From the NCBI GenBank assembly GCA_964187785.1, contig OZ076409.1:39124001-39188000 (forward strand): DNA of 64,000 bases, read 5' to 3'. The translations under genes and the position numbers were made by a program. The notes under the pieces were generated by a model. The model worked only from the letters and a program-made list of their open reading frames with translations. It ran no database searches and was not told the origin of the DNA. The DNA is from Amphiscolops sp. MND2022 (lineage: Eukaryota). The number at the start of each line of letters is the position of its first letter. Position 1 is the stretch's first letter. Positions 22,401 to 36,626 of this stretch are shown here, piece after piece.

Positions 22401-25400
22401 AAAAAAATCTGTTGTCCAACACGCTTTTTCGAAGAGATAAAAGCAATTTTTTTGAAAAAATGCTCTAAATTCACACCGAAATCGACAAAAACCCCAATAA
22501 ATTTGGACATTTATCAACTTCATGCAATTTTTATCAACTTTTTGGAAGACTTGGTGGCTTAGAATGTTAAAGAAGTTCAACAAGGGAAGATTTAGTTGTC
22601 TGGGTGGCTTCTTTGAAGAGATAAAAGCATTTCTCTGTTTGCACTGTAAAAAAAAACAAAGTTTGGCAGTTGTTTGACAAATTAGTGAGTTTTTAATAAA
22701 AATAAAAGGTACCAAAAGTTCGTAATATTCCAAAAGTCTAATTTAATAGGCATGTAGAATGTTCAAAAAAAGATATTCACAATTTTGTATGCAAAAAGTT
22801 CGTCAGAACGACTTTAAAAAGGTGAAAAGTCCGATTTTTGTTTTTGACATATTGATATACTTTTTGTAAACCTTTCGAGCACTTTTGTAATTCAAGAACG
22901 ACTGTATCCGGGCGATTTCAAAAAGACACCTACAAGTTCTGAGAAAAATTTCTCAAATGACCGCAAACTTGTCGAAAACGGAAAATTATATAAAAAAGAT
23001 TGGTTAGGTTATGGTATACACACAAACAGACAAAAAAAAACAAAAAGTTGTTCGGTGTGTTCTCGAAGTGTTTTCTTCTGACATGGGATGACATTGTTCA
23101 AAGTTGTCAGACCTTTTTTCATCAAACTTCTATGCGTTTTCATCGTGCAATGGCTACTCTTGAGTCTCAAAAAATGTCACTCTAGAATATTTTGGACGGA
23201 AAATATCTCGCTGCTCAGCGGGCGTCTTGTTCTCAAAAAAATTCTTTGACTTTGAAGTACTTATGCTCTTTTTGAACTTAAGTCGGGCGCCGACTTATGC
23301 CGCTTTGCCTTATTTTTGTTTTTTTGAGAGAACACACAAATCCCACTTTCAGGGAGCCCAAGATATGCAATCCATTTCCAACACTGAGCTAAATAGTGCA
23401 AAAAATCTTTCATGATTCTGTTGTACCTTTTATTTCCTGTGAAATTCAGCCGTTTTTTATAATTTCAGGTACCAAGAGGTGTTTCTTCGATATTTCTTTG
23501 TGTTTACTTTGCACTGATTTAAAACACACTTAAAAGTATTCGTGGGAGGTGGTTGTAGAATAACATCATGGCTGGAATCTCATCACATGGCTCGCGGACG
23601 TTACAGGTGGATCATTTGGTCCAGAATTATGTTGAAGTGAACAATCCTTATTTTTGTGCATGAAAATAGATAAAGTAATGGCAAGCGCTATGCGTTTGCG
23701 ACGTGACGATAGAGTGAAGGAACTGGTACCATGGATATGGTCCAGGACAAAGCACCATGATATCAGCTCATTTTGTCCTCCTAAGGATAGCCGGTCCCGA
23801 GGGGAGAGACCCGTCTTTAAGGACGCTCTCGGGTCTAATACTAATCTGTAATTGCTAGGAATCACGGGCATTGCTCTGGAATTCGCAACAACCGCGTAGA
23901 TAGCTTGTAAAAACGGCAAGGTCGTAAATAACTGATATTCTCCAGTGGGAATCTGAGTATATGCAACATGAACATGAAATTGACCTCGAGCATATAATAA
24001 TCTAAATACACAAAAAGCACCCAAATTACGATAACAGAGTCCAGTGCGGAGAAAACCGTGGATAATGGGGCGGCACGCAACCAGCGCTCGAGCTAGACAC
24101 AACCTCCTGGCACGGGTACAGTCCTCGGGCTGTCATGATGTTTCTGGGTTTAGCACAGCGAAAACCTGGATTTCTGTGAGCAAACACCGTGGTTTTGACT
24201 TGTTTTTGTTTGTTTCACTGTCAATACTTGCGATCGTTTTGCTCTCTTTGCGGAGCGGCTTCTTTCACCGTCTTTCTACACTTTCTGCTGACAGGTGCTT
24301 CGCCAAAGTCATGTTTGGGTGCCACGTCAGATTTGAACGAATTTCTAAAAAAAGTGTCAAAATTTCGTTGATAGCAGGATGCCGTTACACTATATTGTTT
24401 TGAGGTAATTCTAAGGACCCCAATAGGTTGGGTTTTGAACAAAAAGCCCAACGAAAAAGCGGAACAGCTAATAGGTAGACAATAATCTGAATCGCAAATG
24501 ATTAGAACTTTGCGTTGCTGAATGGCTTTGAAACCGGAATAAATGAAAATCATCCATATATCGAGAAAAAGAGCTATTAAGAGATATAATGTGCAAAATG
24601 TTGATTGTCAAGATAGTTCAACAAACTTCTGAAAATTTGGCTGCAGATTCAGATTCTTTTGATAATCACGTAACTTCTCCTTGTTCAGAACTTCTCCTTT
24701 CAAATCCTGAAATCTTTTTGGTCCCTTCCGAGGCTTTTCGCGATAATCTCAATCTTTTTGAATTTGCATCAAGCCATCGAAAAACTTTTTAAATTATTTC
24801 AAACCTGTGTCCGTACTTCGTCGATTGATTCAAAATTATTGGAACATCGGTTTGTTAGTCATCATTCTAATCGCAAATAGGTGTTATTACATCCTGAACT
24901 GGACTCAGCCTCGAAAAAGCGGCCTCTCGGCTCTGTTCGAGGTTGCCTTCACGTGTGGAATGAAAGTTCCACCCTCGGGTGGGTAAAGATAGCATTCCCG
25001 GCAGAGCCGTCACCAGAGTATGAGAGCTACTGTTGAATGTCAACTATGGTTGCTCAGTAGACGATGCCTGGAACTAAAACCTCAAGATTCCTGACAACAG
25101 GGGGGACTTAAAAACTACCTGCATAGTAATTAAATGAGAAACGGGGTATGATCCCATCTCAAATTCCTTGGAAGTGGCAACTTCTGTTATAACCCATCAT
25201 TGTCTTGAAGTCAGTGAACTTGTTGGTGAATGGAACTCTACTCGTTGCTTTCCGGGACTAGGTTTATCTGGAAGGGTGGAAACCCTTTAAAGGAAACCTC
25301 TCCATTATCAAATCTTCCTTAGTCAATTGTAGTTGTAATGGTTGTTGTAAGTGTCTGCTTGAAGTGCAAAAGAGCTCAGTGACATTTGGGTTGATGCCTC

Positions 25401-26040
25401 CACTACTGATCGTGGTATAGATGCTTCTCTTGTATCGCGGACCGGTAAAAAGTACTTACCATGTTCAAGGTATGCCCAATGCCGAGTGGAAGTCGATGCT
25501 TCTGTATCTATTGTTAATTCGAAGCGTACTAGAAGGTTCGCTTCTACAAAGCTTCTGAGTAATGGCGCACGGATTGAAGTCGCTTGAACGTTCGGCCCCA
25601 CCTGTCATATATGGGGCGGGTCAATGATGTGATCTTTTGCATGATCGTTGTTCACTGATCTGAGGGACTTTGCTGTGAACTCAGCAAAGGCCCATGGCTA
25701 CACTAGCTCCTAAAGAGTACTGAGACACTTGCGACAGCAAAATGTATGACTCAGAAATATGGCAGCAAAATATTGTCAAATGATACTGGGAGAAAAAATT
25801 CCAATCCTTTAAACACACGCGATGAAAAACTCGAACATTATTACGAAATAATTTCACAAAAATTTTGGTTTTGTTAGATTGTCTCGCAGTTAAAGTTTAT
25901 AAGACATACGCCATATGTACTTTGCCTTTTTTCTCCGAGAAATAGACGTACATTCAACACTCATTTGATATTTTGACCAAATGTTACCGTAGTGTTGACG
26001 TAGATTCAACAACCGTATAAGCGCCTAGACTACAATAGTG

Positions 26041-26749
26041 TACCCGTACTGGCACTCTACCGCAAACCGCCGGTGGCCATGGAGACACTTTAGGGCTGCC
26101 AATTTCGTGGACACCGGTGGAAAATTTTTCAAAAATTTTAAAACGGGTTTTAAATATTCAAATCTCGTGCATGCTTGCTGGTAAAATTTTGCTTGTCTTC
26201 GTTTTTCAGTTAAAATGTGTATCTTTTCTGGTTTCGAACAATTCTTAGTTTTTTCGGAGGGTTACCTTAATGACCCGGGTAGCATTAGGAACGCTTTTCG
26301 GCACCGCGTTTCCTGAAGCCGCTTGATTGGTGGGTTGTTACGCATTTTGGGTTAGATTGTCATGAATTTTAGATGACAATGGTCTAGATGGGTTAGGGAA
26401 TAATATCTGAAGGATGAAATTTAAATTTTCCCACTTTCCAGATTTGGAAGATCGCCGATCTAAAATCACTCTAATTTGATGGAATAAGTCCCAAAATTGG
26501 ACTGGGTGGATGGCAACCTGAGATTGATACTGACTTATTACTGGTGGAGCCAACCGTGGCCAGTGCTGTATCAATCAATGTCTATCGGTGACCACCGGTG
26601 GAACTTTAGGTGACCACCGGTGGAATTATCGGTGGGCCATCCGGTGGCCACTGCAAAAGCTGCGGATGCCACCCAGTGGTTCACCGTTGGGAATTCCGTG
26701 GATCATCGGCCACCACCGGTGGACTGCGATTGGTTTGCCAACCCGGGTA
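26041..26749. mobile_element. Probable non-autonomous DNA transposon with CCACCGGTGG subterminal repeats
   Basis: Imperfect terminal inverted repeats tacccgtactggca / tgccaacccgggta. Several CCACCGGTGG-like palindromes near both ends (26068-26120, 26585-26725). Confidence 0.5.
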
Positions 26750-28193
26750 AGAAAAGAACTTAACTCTTACTTGTAAGAAATAATTTGGACTGCATGTAAA
26801 CAAAGTTTTCATTTTACATGGCAATTTCTTTCATTCTTCATTTTACTCATGAATTTAAGGGACTGGAAAACTAAATTGAATGTTCATAAGGGGTTTTATA
26901 TTATTTCATTTCATTTACTATCTTAATACGTGAGACACAACTATTTTTCGCAAAAATTGGGGATTATGTTTTCGGTTTTACATTTTTTGCCGATAAAATT
27001 AATATCAGGAGAATCTGCTAATTAAGGCGATTGTAGCCATTATCTTATAGGCAACCGAAAACAAATCTTTGCGAACACCAATCATTGCGAAACATAGCTG
27101 TGTCTAACGTATTAAGATAGAACATGAAATTTAATAATAGAATATCTATCAAAAAATATACAATTTGTTGACGAAGTATTAACGTGGATCATTTTGATCG
27201 GATAGTGTTAGTTGATGTACGCGATACCAACGTAAAGAAAAGTATTTTCATTTTATTTAAATACTAGTGAGATCATTTAAATTTAGCTAGGTAGTAGCGG
27301 TGTTTCTTACTTACTATGGTTTCTTGGAATTATTCAGAATCGGAAAGAGTACGTCTTCAGAAAAAAAGCTGTATTGCATTGTTATTTTAAAATGTTGTAA
27401 CCATTTCGATTCTTGGATTTTACCTTAATCCGCTTTACGTTGATGACAATTCCGTTTGTTTTCCTATCGCTGAAGGGCGTTAGAATTACTTTGTCTTGTT
27501 TTAGGGAAATTCGTTTTCACCTTGATTCGAGTTTACTTTTTAGAGGTACTTTGAAAGACAAGCCGGGAACGGCGCAAGTCGGCGCCAAATAGCAAAGGCT
27601 CAAAAATAGCAAAAGGACTTCAAAGTGTCAAAGTATTCTATTCTGCAGCACCCGAAAAACCTAAAAGTTGGACCGAATTGGTACGCCAGGGGGAGAATAA
27701 ATTGGTGAAAAAAATTGGTGGATTTTTTTTTTCGAACAAAAGAGTTACAATGCCGAAAAAAAACTGAAAAGGGGACCCTTTAGTGTCGCCCGGTATTGTA
27801 TCATTGTGGAAAAAAGGAAAAACTTTTTGGTTCAGTTCCCCGGACCAACAGGAATATTAAAATTTTGTACAAATTTTGGTGGAACTATTATGGTCACTTC
27901 AGGTGTATAAAAAAACACTTACTGTGGAGAATATAGACAATTTATATAATTAGTCTACTATATTGTCAGTACTTGTACTTTGTTGTATACCAATCTATGA
28001 TGTTCTTTTATTAAATACCTGCCAATTTAGTGCAAACGATACCTTATCATAGAGCTTTGGTAATAAGCTAGAATAGAGTTGAGTTTGTATGAAACATCTC
28101 TTTGATATCAGTAAACTAGAATACAGCATTGCGCAGTCAGAATAGCCCCCAAAGCTATACACGAACTTCCCAAAATAATAGCCACCAGTCACC

Positions 28194-31100
28194 ATGGAAG
28201 AAAACACGAGAGATGGAGAGAGCGCACAGATATCAACGGGAACGCAACAAGGTGGACAAATGCTACTGAACGATACAAAGAACAGGACGGTGGACCGGAC
28301 CTGCACCCAAAAACTCACCATTCTCACGCTGGAAAAGCAAGACCAAGCCAAAGCAAGCAAGTGGTGGAGAAAATTCGTCCAATACACAAAATTGACGAAG
28401 GTCATAGATTTGTCAACCATGACGAACAGTAAAGAAATCCTACCACAATACCGTGATCAACTCGAAACAGATATAAAAGACATTTTTATTTGGGCAATTG
28501 GACAAAATGCTATCACGGAGATGACAAAGACTGTCAGGGAAAGAGAACCGAGCTCACTACCATTACACAACACAAACTTTGTACACTTTTCCGACTACAC
28601 TTCACCCCAGAAAGAAACGTACACAATAGCAGAGCTGATTTGAAACCGGAAGATGGCGAAACCGCAGCAGATGTGTGGAACCGGATACTTGAAGTAGAAA
28701 AGAACTGCGAGTTCGAAACAATTACCGCAGCAGAACTTCTAGTATCAAAATTTCTGTCACTTATCGGTAAATCAACTGGTGAGTATGACTCAAAAAAATC
28801 AGAAAAAGCCACATGTCTGTAAAAGCCATAACTGACGCAATACAAGAATACATGTACGAAAAATTGAATGACTCACCTGAAACAGAAGAAGAAAAAAAAT
28901 CCGGTATGTGAATAAACGGAAAACGAATATTACAAAGGAACAACCAGAAAGACCGGCAAAGTTCAAGAAAATTGACTGCAACCGTTACGGAGCACCGAAC
29001 TGGTCACGTCAACACGAATGTCCCGCTAGAGGAAAAAAATGCGCAAAATGTGGTAAAATTGGCCATTACGCCAAATGTTGCCGCGGAAACAGAAAAGTAA
29101 ACCATTTAATGGAAGGCGGAACAAGCAGCGCGTGTGAGGATGACTGAACACCGAACACAATCCATTGAGTAAAACAAAAGAAACACTCAACACGGTCAGT
29201 GAGCAACAATGGACCGCAATTCTTCACAGTCACCACATTGGTCAACAACCGACCAATCAAGTTCATCATAGACAGCGGTTCCCCAGTAACGCTAATATCA
29301 AAGTCACAATACAATGAAATAACACCGTTACGCCCCCTGGAAACGGAATACTGGGACGTAAATGACAACCGGATACGAAGGGAAAACAACCGCAAAAGTA
29401 AAAATTAACGGAACCAGAAAAGAACTAGAACTCCTAATAACAACAAAGAAAATAAATCCCCTACTAGGACTGGACTGGATGAAAAAGTGGGGATAACACT
29501 GGAGACTGGTAAAACCGTCCCACAAATACACCAAATAAAAGAAGACCCTGGTGTAACAAATTTGAAAACGAAATTCAAAAAACTGTTCAACAAAAATCAT
29601 ACAGTAAACGGGCTAGAAGTGAAAATATATTTGAAAGAAGATGCAAAATTGATACAGCAGAAAGGAAGACCCATACCGATACATTTACCACAATCGGTGG
29701 AAAAAGAAATAAAAAAACTGATAAAACAAGGCCATATCGAAAAGGCCAATAATATCGACGAAAATTGTTTCGTGAGCCCGGCAGTTATCACGGTAAAGAA
29801 AGATGAATCAGTAAAAATCACGTTAGACTCAAGAAAGCTTAACGAAATAACCGTGAAACGAAAAGCACAAATGCCGAATATGGAGGAATTGATTGCAAGA
29901 ATATCGCGAAAAATAGCAGATGGCCAAGCGGACGAAATTTGGATTTCCAAATCCGACCTAGACTATGCCTACGGTCAGCTAATACTCTCGAGTCAGCCAG
30001 AAATTTATGTATATTCGCCGTAACTGGAGGGAACTTTACCGTTTACTACCGTTTCCTCAAGTGATTTTACGGGTTAGCGGATATACCGACAATCTTTCAG
30101 GAAAAAACTGACCAGACACTGGAGAACAAACACCCAGCATGGTTAGACGATATCATCGTGGTAACAAAAGGTTCCAAATAGGAACACCGGGTACAGATTA
30201 AGTGAAACAAAATCCGAATTTTTCAAAACAGAGATCGAATGGATTGGTCACCGGATCGACCAAGCTGGAATCCGACCATTGCAAGACAAGTTACTGACGA
30301 TAAAAGAATTGAAACAACCGAACAACAAAAAAGAGCTAAAATAATTTCTGGGAGCCATCCAGTATTTGTCAAAATACATTGACAACCTTTCCGCCCAAAC
30401 AGACAGTCCGAGACAAATTTTGAAAGAGAATAACAAGTGGATCTGGAAGGAAGAACACACATTGGCTTTCGAAAACTTGAAACAAAAATCACGGAAATAC
30501 CGTGTCTGGCACACTACAATTCTGATTATTCAAACGTGATTACAACCGACGCGAGCACTAAAGGCTTAGGTACAACTCTATGGCAAGAACAACCGAATAG
30601 ATTATTAAAACCTATCGGTTGTGCAAGTCGTTTTTTATCAGACACAGAAAAAAATATGCGATAAACGAACTCGAACTATTGGCAATTGTATGGGGTTTAG
30701 AACATTTCCGTCTACATAGTTACGGTAAACCCATTAAACTTTTGACGGATCACCAGGCGTTAGAGCCCGTAATTAAACGAAATGGCTCCAACAAATTCTA
30801 TAGCGCACGTTTAACACGGTGGCTGTACCGGTGAGCACATTTCACGATCAACGTAAACCATATAGCCGGTAAACACTTAGCACTCACGGATTATCTCAGC
30901 AGAAATCCGGTATTACCACCGCAAGCAGACGATACATACGACGAACATTAGCAACCATTCGAACCAATCAGAAAGCGGTACCAAGAATACCGAACGCAAA
31001 GCAAACAATAAGCCACGGACAAACGAGGCGCGTCAACAAACTGCCATTGATTGCCTTTACAGCGACACATACACACGCTCAAATTCAAATAACGTAAACA

Positions 31101-34069
31101 ACATTCAGCATACCAAATTCACAATGGATGCTAAAACAATCGAAAACATCGAAACAAAATACAACTCTGCCGAAATAACTGAGCTAACTATTCGGTGGAA
31201 AGAAATTGTAAAACCCGGGATTTACCGCATGATCGGGGGAAGATAGAAACGTTACCACGAGCCCAAATTCCTTCGCAATGAGAGAAAAGTAATTGAGGAA
31301 CTGCTACAATTACTCATCAACAACTGGCCTCAAGAAGATCTCCGACAGAAAATCGGTCCGCAAAACAAAGGAGGCTTCCAACCGCAGATCGGTCATTCCG
31401 AACAGTGGACAGTGGATCCATTCTAGGATATGCACCGTCCAACCCCAGTCCAACAACACCAATCAGATAGAACCGGCCCGTCATCCGCACCGATCCCTAT
31501 GGAAGAAGGCGACATAGACTCCGAGACAGACCAAGACCCATCGGTCCTAGAGGTACCAGCGATAAATTGGGCACGATGGGACACGCGCCACGAATTGCTG
31601 CCGAAGAAAAAACGACTGGAACCTAGAGCAAGCAGTATGCGAAACGGAAAAGAATTTTTCGGGGACTTACAGCTGCTTATAAACGAGACCACGAATGACC
31701 CCAACTTGCTGAAAACCCTAGTATGCCTTGAAAGACAGAGCAGCATGAAATGATACCAGAGGAGTACCCGATGTACAGAAGGAAATTGTCAAGCCGATTC
31801 GGTCTTGTCTTCATGGAAGACAGAATTATTGTGCCAAAATCCTCTGAACCACAATAATCAGTCTTTTGCAAAAAGGACAGCCAGCCATCAACAAGATGGC
31901 TCTGGCAGCTCGACCCTTCTGGTGGCCAAAGATGACCGACGCAATCCAGAAGATGTGCGAAACCTGCATCCCATGCAAAATGTCTGGTAAGAGTATAAAT
32001 CCAAATATACCTCGCACAGAAAAAAAGAGCCTACCCCCGGTGAACAGTCCGAACGAAGAAATCCAATTGGATTTCATCGGACCAATCACGGACAACCACC
32101 GTCGATTTTATATACTACTGTCCATTGACCGGTGCAGCAAATGGCCGGCAGCCAGTTTCTGTAATTACACCGACGGAGAAACGGCGGTGAAATTTCTTGA
32201 ACAATATATCGAGCTGAACGGTATACCGAATTCAATTAGAACGGATAAAGAAACTGCGTTCACGGGTCGCCTTTTTCGCGATTTCTGCAAAAACCATTAC
32301 ATTAAACTGATATACGGAACACCGTATATTCATACGCCCACAGGCTTAGTAGAACGGGGGGCCAGAACACTGAAAGACAACCTTTTAACGAATATTAAGG
32401 CTGGCGAACGGTTCGGAAAAGCCCTATATATATATTTAGATGTAATGAGAAAAACAGCGCACACGAAATTAAAGAAATCGGCATTCGAACTTCACTATGG
32501 TCGAAAACCAAACACGGAATTAACTATCCTCCTAAATTTGGATAACCTTACAAACAATTCCCTTTCAGCGAAACCCGATACCTTACAGGTATACTCATTC
32601 AGCGGAGTTGGCGGTGTGTCCGACCAGCTACCGATGAAGACAAGAAAAAACGATAAAGGAGTTAGTAACCAACCTTTCCTTTTCCTAGAAAAAAAACCAG
32701 AAGTCCAAATTCGAAAGTGCTTATAGCGATAAACCGAATATAGCTATTTTGGAGACAAACCATACCGTAACAACACCAAATGGTAGAATAATACACAAGA
32801 AACACAAGAAATGTATTGGTAACCCTTTCCATGATTTTAATCAGGACTGCAACAACAACATAGGAACTGGACCGAGGGGACCAGACGGCCGGTTTACAAG
32901 ATCACCTTCAAAACCGAGGCGAGCAAACGTGATCGAGTCAGACATCGAGCTCGAGACATCACCAACAGAGACAAACAGCCCAACCGCTCTGGACCAGTCA
33001 GACAACGCGATGGTGAAAAAGAGCACATACGGTCGAGGCAGACCGCTGAAGTTGATAAGAGACCGACAGAGCCCAAGCCCCTAACAACCTTCACCGGGAG
33101 AAATGAACAATGCCGGTCCACTCACCATTCATTACGATACATATGCCGCAACGAACTAGCAAGATCTTGCTAGTTCGATTAACAGCCAATAAAAACGCGT
33201 TCTTATTTCAGATACGCGGTTGGAGTTTTGTTCGTTACACTGTGTGATTTGGCGTTACATGTAGTGATCAAAATACAGTAAATGACTACTTTACACTCTC
33301 TACAATTAATTACGTACTTTGACTGGTTTTTACTTCACACTTTAATGGAAGCATCGTTTGGAGTTATTTTTACTCACGGTGTGTACCAAAATGTGACTGG
33401 TTTCCACTTTTCTCTAATTACGTACGCTCAATGATCACAATCCGCAATTTCGGATGACACTGTGCATCACAATCCATGATGAACACGGTGCACTGTTTGA
33501 CTAGAATACGGTTCGCTCTCATTTTATGGTAAAATACAGTTTACACTTGATGATAAATTCCACTTTTGCGGCATATGTATCGTAATGTTACCACCGCCAA
33601 TATGACAGACACGGAGACCGACCGAGCTATCGAGGACGCTAGACAAGCGAATGATGAACTATTTATCAGAGATGATAACGGTAAGGTGTTCAACAATCTT
33701 ACTTCTTTTCCTGAAACGGGGGAAGAGAACAACTTTGAAAATTCAGAATTAGACCTGGCCAGCAATCTGAGCTCTAGCACCGAATTAGAAGCAGATATTA
33801 AACACGAAGAAGAAAAAACAATACGCAGATCAAAAAGACTAACAAAAACCAACCCAATTGTTAGATATAATAATCCAATATGTCATGATTACAGGAAACA
33901 CCGTAGAAAGGCTGAACTCAGGAGCAACACCGAGTCAAATGGAAATGGAGATGAGCAGCCCCAACTAACCCAAACAACGGTCAACAAATTGATATCACGG
34001 GTTAACATTCACCGTGATAACCATACAAGCGAGGACCGGTCACCCGTCCACACACAAACGGACCATTGA
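28194..34069 (+). pseudogene. gag-pol: Fragmented gag-pol of element 2
   Basis: Fragments are collinear with the element 1 protein (CAKCGKIGHYAKC, IDSGS, QQKGRPIPIH, WLDD, TDAS, QLDFIGP, RTDK, VERG) but broken by many stops and frameshifts. Confidence 0.93.
33130..33587. mobile_element. 458-bp MITE nested in element 2 (22-bp perfect TIR, 2-bp TSD TT)
   Basis: TIR cattacgatacatatgccgcaa (33130-33151) / ttgcggcatatgtatcgtaatg (33566-33587), flanked by TT on both sides. Removing it restores the reading PLTITTANMTD. Internal 26-bp perfect palindrome at 33152-33177. Confidence 0.9.
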
Positions 34070-35026
34070 AGGAATCACCGCCATACAGAAGATAAACAGT
34101 ACCCCATTTGCCGAAAAACAGCCAATTATGAGAGGGGGAATGTGGAGAATATAGACAATTTATATAATTAGTCTACTATATTGTCTACCACTTGTACTTT
34201 GTTGTATACCAATCCATGACGTTCTTTTATTAAATACCTGCCAATTTAGTGCAAACGATACCTTATCATAGAGCTTTGGTAATAAGCTAGAATAGAGAGA
34301 GTTGAGTTTGTATGAAACATCTCTTTGATATCAGTAAACTAGAATACAACACTTACGCTAAGCCATGACTATAGCCGACTCTTTTCTTTTAAAAAGCGCC
34401 GACTAAATATGACTCATGCCTTCGTCGTAGTGTATTTTTTGATGATTCCATTTAGATAACAAAACCGTTTTTGAAGGCGCAGGTTTGCATTTTGGGATAA
34501 TTTCTGTTACTCTGAAAGCAATGAATACGTCCCAAATGCCACCCTGTGCAATTTATTGAGACATATTTTTTTTACTTTTAAGTGGGACACCGATTTGAGA
34601 CGTTCCCCTCTCATTCGAAATTATTTTCGCTAGAGACAACTTTTTGACTTTCTTGTACCGTTTGACGAGGTCATTTTTCTAAATGTATCAAATCGTTTTA
34701 CTCATATTTTCTTTTACTCATACACATGCCAATATCAAGTCTTTCGACTATAAATACTCACTTGTGCTGTTTTAACTATTTGAAAACAAAGGCCTGCCAA
34801 CTGATTAACCAATCATGAAATACAAAGCATACATTTCATTATTTACTCACTAAGTTCATGTGCCTTTTTTCAGTACCAGCCCATATCTCACAGTGTAATT
34901 TTTTCTTCCGACTACATACTTCAAACTGAACGGTCCACATTTTGAACAGACTTTGTTCACGACGCCCAGAGCTAACATTTCCATGCTTGCGAATCTTGTC
35001 TGATTACAGAACTACAGAACCCCCTT

Positions 35027-36626
35027 TGTCACAGTCCGCTCCCGGACTGGATTGTGGATGTAGACGGATTGGGTTCGGACGAGGACACGGCTGTACAGCG
35101 AAACTTTCGAAAAGGTATTTTGGCTACTGACTTGAACTTTCATACTAATGGGAATGCTATTAATGTACATTTTATGCTGTTTGAGGCAGACTGCAAATAT
35201 GATTGTGTGTGACCTGACGTCAATCTGACGTATCTGAAAGGTTGTGGGCTATGAACCGGCAAAGATTATATTTTAATAATGAGGTCATATTTTTGTAATA
35301 TTCATGTTCGTGTTTCTCCCCCAATATAACTGTGCTTGTTGTTGTTTTTATACATCTCATTGTGATCATTTTCATACCACTTTTGGCAACTGACTGTTTC
35401 ACTTTTATTAGTTCGATTCAACGACGTTAAGACGTCAAAGTTTAAACTCGAGTATGAATGGATTCAGTTATGAAATTCATACTCGTTAATACCTTTGATT
35501 TTAACACGTCATAGCTCCGTCCACCTTTTCAGCCAATTTTGTAGAAGCCAAGAGCTGTTGCCAAATCATTCTAGTTTTCTAATGTAAACGTTGGTGTTAC
35601 GTTAATTTGGTTTAATTACTATTTATCTGAAGTGGGAATTCAACTCAAAAATTGAAGCTAATTCCATAGCTTTGTCTTTACTTTTCCTAGCATCATTGGA
35701 AATTCCAAAGCTGAAAACATTAGTCATAGCATTTCCTTCAAGTAAAAATTCAAAATCAGGTATTAGTTGTTCACGTCAGCGTCATCTCCGCGTCATTTTC
35801 CTACGAACCAAAGCAGTAAAACAGGGAATCATTTCCGGTTTGACAGACTGAAGTAATATCTACTTCCTGCTTGGGAGGAAAGCAAAGGACGCCGAGCTGA
35901 AATGATATGATCGTGGTTGATGACTAATGCTAGATTGAAATTGTCGTGTCTCAAAAATTGACGAGTTATCGACGTAAAATTGGGAACAAAATGATTTTTT
36001 CATCGAAAATACAGGAAATGACTAATTGTTCGAGGAAAATTAGGATTTTAATCGTGATCAAATGATGCTAGGAGGGTATATATAGGATGATTTTCATTGA
36101 CTCAGGGACTCAGTCTTTTGCAATTGTTTAATTCAGTTGAATTCTCAATTTCGCTAAACTCTAATCTCAGCTAACTTTGTTGAAAATTATCTTTGGAAAA
36201 ATCAATTCTTCAAGATAAAGCTTTTCTTCAAAAAGTCTACAACTAGAAGCCAGAAAAGAAGGAATGAGCAACAAGGCGACAAGGACGTAAGTGAAGGTTT
36301 TATTTCACCGATAGTGGTAGAAAATCCGTGTTCTTCAAACCAGGACGTAGACGTGTCGGGTCCTTCCAGACCAAAATCTCCTCGAATTGAAAATAGTTTC
36401 TTGGAGAGTTTAAGGGCATCCTTGAAAGATGAGATAACATCAGAAATTAAGACTCTTCTTGCCGAATCCCAGAGAGAGATGTTGAAACTACTAAAACCTG
36501 AAACAAGGGGAAGCATCAGGGAGAATACTGAGGAAGAAGTAGAAGAGGAGACTAGAAACTTTTATACCCCTACAAAGTCAGTGAGGATAAGTTCAACTCA
36601 AAACGACTCGATAGCATGTCGTAACA
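35027..36626 (+). repeat. 5' LTR of element 3
   Basis: Direct repeat of 48212-49811; TATA-like GTATATATAGG at about 36076. Confidence 0.97.

Larger units (their letters stand above)
27923..34351 (+). mobile_element. Decayed Ty3/Gypsy LTR retrotransposon (element 2), same lineage as element 1
   Basis: LTRs 27923-28128 and 34141-34351 differ by several substitutions and small indels. TSD CTTAC at 27918-27922 and 34352-34356. PBS TTGCGCAGTCAG at 28129. PPT GAGAGGGGGAA at 34130-34140. Confidence 0.95.
27557..34613. mobile_element. Older TIR-bounded repeat into which element 2 inserted
   Basis: acaagccgggaacggcgcaagtcggcgcc (from ~27558) is an imperfect inverted match (about 20/29) to gacaccgatttgagacgttcccctctcat (from ~34585). 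Related ggcgccgact-type motifs recur at ~170, ~18280 and ~23285. Confidence 0.4.

Noticed and set aside
23566..24102. 178-aa minus-strand ORF with non-ATG start, and nearby 25323-25601
   Set aside because: No recognisable motif or supportable exon structure; may be degraded repeat sequence.
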